Source: Chloroflexota bacterium (GTDB taxonomy: Bacteria > Chloroflexota > Dehalococcoidia > GIF9 > UBA5629). Taken from it: a stretch of DNA of 38,028 bases. Position 1 is the first letter of the stretch. The number at the start of each line of letters is the position of its first letter. The DNA lies in the NCBI GenBank assembly GCA_026389715.1, contig JAPLHK010000096.1, positions 9,417-47,444 of the forward strand. Reading direction: 5' to 3'. Below, one piece after another: positions 33,587-38,028 of this stretch. The translations under genes were made by a program, and so were the position numbers. A model generated the notes under the pieces. The model searched no databases. It saw only the letters and a list, made by a program, of their open reading frames with translations, and was not told the DNA's origin.

Positions 33587-35818
33587 GTGATACGGAGCGA
33601 TTATATGGATGTTATCTCGGACAGGACGGATGTCCTGAGGATATTGCCTGAGGCGGCAGCAGATCTCTGCACCGCCCTTTTCAGGAACTCGCCCGCGGGA
33701 ATATACATTACGCGCGATGGCAAGTTCATTTATACCAATATTGAGTTCCGCCATATCACGGGCTACAGCCAGGACGAACTCTCCGGCAAGGACTACCAGC
33801 GTCTGATCAACCCGCGCTACCGGCAGATGTCCAAGCAGAACATTGCATCCCTCTTTGAAGAGGATGAAGACACCAACCACGAATTTAAAATAACCACCCG
33901 TGAAGGCAAGAAAAAATGGATCTCCGAGAAGATCACCTACTTCAAATACGGGGGCACCTGGCTTACTTTGGGGCACTGGCTGGATATCAGCGGCCACCAT
34001 TCAGTGGAGAAGGCCTGGCGGGAGGCTGAAAGGCGCTTCCAGCTGGCTTTTGAGGACCTCTCCACGGGCCTCGCTATCATCGGCACCGACGGCATCTTTC
34101 TCAAGGTAAATAAGTCTTTCTGCGACCTGGTTGGCTACGAGGACAGGGAGATACTCGAGAGCCGCTTCGACGAAGTCCTGCCGCCGGGCGACCGCGAGAC
34201 TACCGGTGATATCATGGCACTCTTCCTCTCGCTGGATAAGCCCGAATTGCCTGTGCAAAGGCAGCTGCAAACAAAGGATGGGAGTACTATCTGGACTGCC
34301 ATGAGCATATCGCTTATCGGTGATTCCGAGGCCGGGCCGTCCTATTTTATCGTCCATTTCCAGGACATCACCGAGCAAAAAAGGATAGAGGATGGTTTGA
34401 AGGAGGAGGAAAGGCTTTACCGCTCTGTGGTGGACCTGTCGCTCGACCCGGTGGCCATAGCCGACCTTGACTGCCGGCTGACTCATGTATCGCAAAAATT
34501 GCTGTTGCTACTGGGTTATGAGAAGGCTGACCTGCTGGGCAGGGACGCAGGCTGCCTTGTGATAGCAGGGGAAAGCGGAAAGCTTCAGCCACAGGTCACG
34601 GATATCGTCAGGCAGGGCATCACGGGCGAAATTGCCTGCAGCCTGCAAAAAAAGGATGGGACAGCATTACCTGCAAGTATGAATGTCTCGTGGATCAGTG
34701 GCGAAACGGGCGCGCCTGCCAGCATTGTGCTCAGCTTGCGGGAGGCTCCCGTTGCGGCTCCGCCGGCAGAAGAGCGCCCCCTGCAGGCCGGTACAATCGA
34801 GAACAGCCCGACCGCCATCATACTGGTTAACGAGGATACCACTATAGCGGCGGTGAATGCCGCTTTCGAGCTGCTGTCCGGCTATACCAGGGAGGAAATT
34901 GAAGGCAGGAAAAGCTGGATAGAATTCGTCGCTATAGAAGACCAGCCAAGGCTGAAACGCTATTACCTGCTGCGCCGCATCGATCCGGGGTCGGCGCCCG
35001 ATACATATGAATTTAAGTTTATTGGCCGCGATGGAAACGCCAGGGACGTCGTCGTTTATGTAAGCCCCCTGCCCGGTAGCGGCGGGCAGCAATCTGCCAC
35101 CCTGATTGACCTGGCGGGATACAGAAAGGCCGCGGTAGAAGAAAACGGGCAGCAAGAACCGGAAAAAGTTGAACCCGTGGACCTACCGGGCGAGGAGAAA
35201 GCCGGGCAAAGCCTGGAACATCTGCAGAGGACGCTTCATAACGTGATCACAGCCATGTCCAAGATCATCGAGATGCGCGACCCGTATACTTTCGGCCATC
35301 AGGCGCGTGTTGCGGCTCTTGCCTGCGCTATCGCCGTGGAAATGGGGCTATCTGCAGACCAGTTGCAGGGCATTGAAATCGCCGCCAAAATCCACGATAT
35401 CGGTAAAGTTTACGTGCCAATGGAGATACTCAGCAAACCCGGCCAGCTCAGCAGCGTCGAGCGACAGATTATCCAGGCGCATGCTCAGGGCAGCTACGAT
35501 ATTCTCAAATCCGTCGAGTTCCCCTGGCCGGTAGCCGAGATAGCGCTTCAGCACCACGAGAGGATTGACGGTTCCGGATACCCGGCCGGGCACAAGGGCA
35601 ATGAAATCAGGATTGAAGCAAAAATACTTATGATTGCCGATGTCGTTGAAGCCATGGTCTCGCACAGGCCTTACCGCCCCAGCCTTGGCATAGAAGCTGC
35701 CTTAAATGAGATAAAAGCTAACAGCGGCACGCTGTACGATGCTGAAATCGCAGGTATCTGCATAAGGCTTTTCGGCGAAAAGGGCTTTTCTTTTGAGGAA
35801 CAGGACCGCAGTGCCTGA
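33587..35818 (+). CDS. multi-PAS sensor with C-terminal HD-GYP domain (putative c-di-GMP phosphodiesterase)
   Basis: 743 aa with a GTG start 6 nt after GAGGTGG. It has four PAS-like modules (aa ~20-130, 150-265, 275-385, 400-515). The HD-GYP core is KIHDIGKVYVP ... HHERIDGSGYPAG. Confidence 0.9.
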   Translation: MIRSDYMDVISDRTDVLRILPEAAADLCTALFRNSPAGIYITRDGKFIYTNIEFRHITGYSQDELSGKDYQRLINPRYRQMSKQNIASLFEEDEDTNHEFKITTREGKKKWISEKITYFKYGGTWLTLGHWLDISGHHSVEKAWREAERRFQLAFEDLSTGLAIIGTDGIFLKVNKSFCDLVGYEDREILESRFDEVLPPGDRETTGDIMALFLSLDKPELPVQRQLQTKDGSTIWTAMSISLIGDSEAGPSYFIVHFQDITEQKRIEDGLKEEERLYRSVVDLSLDPVAIADLDCRLTHVSQKLLLLLGYEKADLLGRDAGCLVIAGESGKLQPQVTDIVRQGITGEIACSLQKKDGTALPASMNVSWISGETGAPASIVLSLREAPVAAPPAEERPLQAGTIENSPTAIILVNEDTTIAAVNAAFELLSGYTREEIEGRKSWIEFVAIEDQPRLKRYYLLRRIDPGSAPDTYEFKFIGRDGNARDVVVYVSPLPGSGGQQSATLIDLAGYRKAAVEENGQQEPEKVEPVDLPGEEKAGQSLEHLQRTLHNVITAMSKIIEMRDPYTFGHQARVAALACAIAVEMGLSADQLQGIEIAAKIHDIGKVYVPMEILSKPGQLSSVERQIIQAHAQGSYDILKSVEFPWPVAEIALQHHERIDGSGYPAGHKGNEIRIEAKILMIADVVEAMVSHRPYRPSLGIEAALNEIKANSGTLYDAEIAGICIRLFGEKGFSFEEQDRSA

Positions 35819-35897
35819 TATAATATCTGCTCTCACCTGAGGCAGGAACGGGGCTATGCTTTGCCCCTGCAGATGTCCGGGCGGATTACTGTCGATA

Positions 35898-36353
35898 TTA
35901 AGCTTCGATTTTCAGCTCTACGACTTCCTGGAAATTGCGCACGATATAGTACCTTTTGACCCTGATCCTGAATAGTGCTGAATCCGGGGAATGGACGAAT
36001 TTCTCCAGGTTATGGTGCTTGACCAGGTAAAGCTGAAGCAGGCCCTCTTTCTGATCCTTTTTGACCTCTTCCGCCGTTCCGGTAACTGTGACGGCCACAG
36101 CGGTGCGTAAATCGGAGTCGCGGTTGGTACGGTTATCGATAAGCACCGAGACCGAGTTATTGGACAGCAGGTTGGCGTATTTATTGGTCTGGCGCCTGGT
36201 GGCAAAAACTATGCTTTTCAAGTCGTCGGTCGCGGCAAAGGCTACAAGGTTAGCATAGGGACGCGCAAGCTGCTGAGTAGCCAGCGCGGCAAAAAGCTGG
36301 CTCCGGAAAAGCTCTTTTAGCAGTTTTTTCAGCTGAATTTCGTCTTCGGCCAT
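35898..36353 (-). CDS. pyridoxamine 5'-phosphate oxidase-like FMN-binding split-barrel protein (tentative)
   Basis: 151 aa. The pattern LFAALATQQLARPYANLVAFAATDD...VFATRRQTNKYANL...VSVLID resembles the PNPOx-like family. No SD is seen, and it lies 27 nt after the upstream gene. Confidence 0.5.
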   Translation of the reverse strand: MAEDEIQLKKLLKELFRSQLFAALATQQLARPYANLVAFAATDDLKSIVFATRRQTNKYANLLSNNSVSVLIDNRTNRDSDLRTAVAVTVTGTAEEVKKDQKEGLLQLYLVKHHNLEKFVHSPDSALFRIRVKRYYIVRNFQEVVELKIEA

Positions 36354-36380
36354 AATACGCTCAAGAAATCAGGCTGAAAG

Positions 36381-36941
36381 CTACCGCCCCGGTGATTCAC
36401 AGATGCTTATGATATGATCCTTATTGAGGGCGACAAAATCGAACCTGGAACCCGCGCCCGGCAGCGGCGGATTAATCTCAACCTGTGTTAACGGCACAAA
36501 ACGAGCTTCAGACTCAACCGTATCGATAACCTTCCCCCAGGTTTCTACGTAAATCCGGCCATCCAGCGCATATTGCACGTCTGAAACCCGGGCCGCGTAA
36601 GCCATCACAACCACGGGTAGTTTTTCCCGGAACGGATAAGCCCTGAGCGGCTTCTCCGTGTTGTCGCCGGAAATCTGGGCTACAAACACGATATTACTTT
36701 TAGCTATATAGATACTGGGGAATTTTTTTTCGCCAACCCCGGTCCCCGTCATTGTGACATCCAAGATAGGCAAAAATTTGACCACTTTTACCCATGTATC
36801 AGTACGTACGCCCTCGTTAAGGGCATCTATCAGTCGCTGGCTGAAATCGCACCTCAAAGTACCTCTGAACGATAGTGCGCCGGTACACACCAGCACCTCG
36901 AATTGCTTGTACAGTTCCGGACCTTCGTTTTCTGGCATCAT
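36381..36941 (-). CDS. hypothetical protein with internal two-fold repeat
   Basis: 186 aa with no recognisable family. The two halves align to each other: RLIDALNEG/KVIDTVESE, FLPILDV/FVPLTQV, IYIAKSNIVFV/FVALNKDHIISI. Confidence 0.55.
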   Translation of the reverse strand: MMPENEGPELYKQFEVLVCTGALSFRGTLRCDFSQRLIDALNEGVRTDTWVKVVKFLPILDVTMTGTGVGEKKFPSIYIAKSNIVFVAQISGDNTEKPLRAYPFREKLPVVVMAYAARVSDVQYALDGRIYVETWGKVIDTVESEARFVPLTQVEINPPLPGAGSRFDFVALNKDHIISICESPGR

Positions 36942-36990
36942 TTATTTTCTGCCTGCCTTATACTATATTCCACTACCCCGTCATTTATAT

Positions 36991-37019
36991 ACTATGTTAG
37001 GCGTTGGTTGCCCTGTCAA
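36991..37019 (-). promoter_or_regulatory. putative promoter for the 186-aa unknown/PNPOx-like gene pair
   Basis: On the minus strand: consensus TTGACA (37019-37014), 17-nt spacer, CATAGT (36996-36991), in an AT-rich 123-nt spacer. Confidence 0.4.
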
Positions 37020-37064
37020 GCTAACTGCCGCCGTTCCTCGCAAAAACAACCCGGATGTCAACAG

Positions 37065-37364
37065 CTAAAATTCCACCACGGTGGCGCCGGTGCTTCCTTC
37101 GAAGCGGCCGCCGCTGCGGAACGATTTCACCAGCGGATGCTTGCTGAGTTCCCGCATAACTGCCTGCCTCAGAATACCCGTTCCTTTTCCATGCACGACG
37201 CGCACCTCCTTCAGTCCGGCCATGAAGGCATCATTCAGGTATTCCTGTACCAGTGGTATGGCTTCATCCACCGTCATGGCATGCAGGTCAAGCTCCGGGT
37301 TTATATCCGGCTTCCTGGATTTAGCCGTACGGGTATCGGCCTTCTGCACTCTTTTCCTGTTCAT
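37065..37364 (-). CDS. Smr (small MutS-related) domain protein
   Basis: 99 aa with LDLHAMTVDEA...VRVVHGKGTGILRQAV, the Smr signature. It starts 6 nt after the tilS stop. Confidence 0.8.
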   Translation of the reverse strand: MNRKRVQKADTRTAKSRKPDINPELDLHAMTVDEAIPLVQEYLNDAFMAGLKEVRVVHGKGTGILRQAVMRELSKHPLVKSFRSGGRFEGSTGATVVEF

Positions 37365-37370
37365 TTAAAA

Positions 37371-38028
37371 TCATTCCGCACGATGAAACTCCAGGCGCAG
37401 CACACCTTCTGTGCCGTTGCTTACCTTTACCCTGTCATCGATGCGCCAGCCGACTACCCAGATTATCTGTTCACCTGAACAGACAATGGGAACGCTGTGA
37501 CGCCACGAGCGCGGTATGGCCGAGTCAACCATGAAGTCCTGCAGTTTGCGGCTGTGCGTCATGCCCAGCGGATGGAAGCGGTCCCCGGGATATCGCCCCC
37601 TCACAGTCAGCTTACGGCCTGTCTTGCTCATATCAAAGCTGGCACTGAAGATATCATCCTCGCGGAAAAAGTTCTCGCCCATCATATCGGCCGTCACGCG
37701 CCATCCGGGCAGCCTGGTTTCCCCCGGGATATTCAGCGTGTAAGCCTGCTCCAATACCGGCCAGGGACAGGCGCCGGCGCCGGGACCTTCCACTACTATG
37801 CGGTTGCGTTCGTTGGTGGCCATGATGCCGCCGGGCAGGTGCAAGCATTTGCCCGTATTGCCGAACAGTAACCTGACCAGCGCTTCTATATGCGTTGCCT
37901 CGATATCCCTGAGGCTGCCGTAAGATTGCTCCAGCACTATGCGGAAGACCCGCCTCTGCAGGGCCAGCGGCAATCCGCGCAATTTGCCCGAGTCGAGGCA
38001 GGTCAGACAACCTTCCCGGGTAGCGACG
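37371..38028 (-). CDS. tilS: tRNA(Ile)-lysidine synthetase, C-terminal part (5' end lies beyond the window)
   Basis: The frame stays open from 37371 to the window edge, so the TTG at 37982 in the track is internal. The TilS C-terminal domain motif is GDRFHPLGMTHSRKLQDFMVDSAIPRSWRHSVPIV...IIWVVGWRIDDR. Confidence 0.75.
   Translation of the reverse strand, partial: VATREGCLTCLDSGKLRGLPLALQRRVFRIVLEQSYGSLRDIEATHIEALVRLLFGNTGKCLHLPGGIMATNERNRIVVEGPGAGACPWPVLEQAYTLNIPGETRLPGWRVTADMMGENFFREDDIFSASFDMSKTGRKLTVRGRYPGDRFHPLGMTHSRKLQDFMVDSAIPRSWRHSVPIVCSGEQIIWVVGWRIDDRVKVSNGTEGVLRLEFHRAE

Noticed and set aside
35850-35867. Possible bidirectional terminator between the convergent HD-GYP and PNPOx-like genes
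   Set aside because: There is only a 5-bp GGGGC/GCCCC stem with an 8-nt loop, and no T-tract on either strand. This is too weak to call.
1-38028. Looked for CRISPR arrays, tRNA/rRNA genes, IS elements, integrases and long inverted or direct repeats
   Set aside because: None was found by eye. The only sizeable repeat is the intragenic 132-nt PD40 periodicity, and the intergenic spacers are all 203 nt or shorter. A tRNA or Rfam scan would be needed for certainty.

Overview
This 38-kb window is almost entirely coding and comes from a moderately GC-rich bacterium, probably an anaerobe. That guess rests on strong AGGAGG-type ribosome-binding sites and on the gene content (Fe-S proteins, hydrogenase maturation, molybdenum handling). 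All family calls come from motif recognition by eye on the supplied ORF translations; no searches were run. I call 35 CDS, of which one is frameshifted and one is cut by the window edge. I saw no rRNA, tRNA, CRISPR array, transposase or phage genes.

Layout:
- (a) 41-1738: a YhhN-like membrane protein and an MBL-fold hydrolase.
- (b) 1760-8844, minus strand: a tightly packed seven-gene string of XdhC-like, MocA-like::HD fusion, ModABC and a GlcD/GlcF-like FAD + Fe-S dehydrogenase pair. No molybdoenzyme is in view.
- (c) 8930-18888, minus strand: the most unusual block. It holds a seamless SDR::Zn-ADH fusion and an orphan URO-D/MtaA-like protein. These are followed by a five-gene operon: small membrane protein, Cys-cluster Fe-S protein, GlpD-like dehydrogenase, an AGPS-like flavoenzyme carrying the HHH loop, and an FGGY kinase. 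I propose it as a candidate ether-lipid or polyol-phosphate redox module that no textbook pathway explains.
- (d) 18954-22894: a frameshifted lipoprotein metallophosphoesterase, a lipoprotein serpin, a Cys-less HesB/IscA-like protein with a Cys/Gly-rich tail, and a small membrane protein.
- (e) 22911-31810: an MFS transporter and a hydrogenase-maturation cluster (hypF, hypC, hypD, hypE, endopeptidase). An antisense family-III CoA-transferase interrupts the cluster. A PD40 beta-propeller lipoprotein sits between hypC and hypD and is translationally coupled to hypC.
- (f) 31882-38028: a solitary HNH nuclease, a solute-binding protein, a 4xPAS HD-GYP signalling protein, a PNPOx-like protein, an internally duplicated unknown protein, an Smr protein and the 3' part of tilS.
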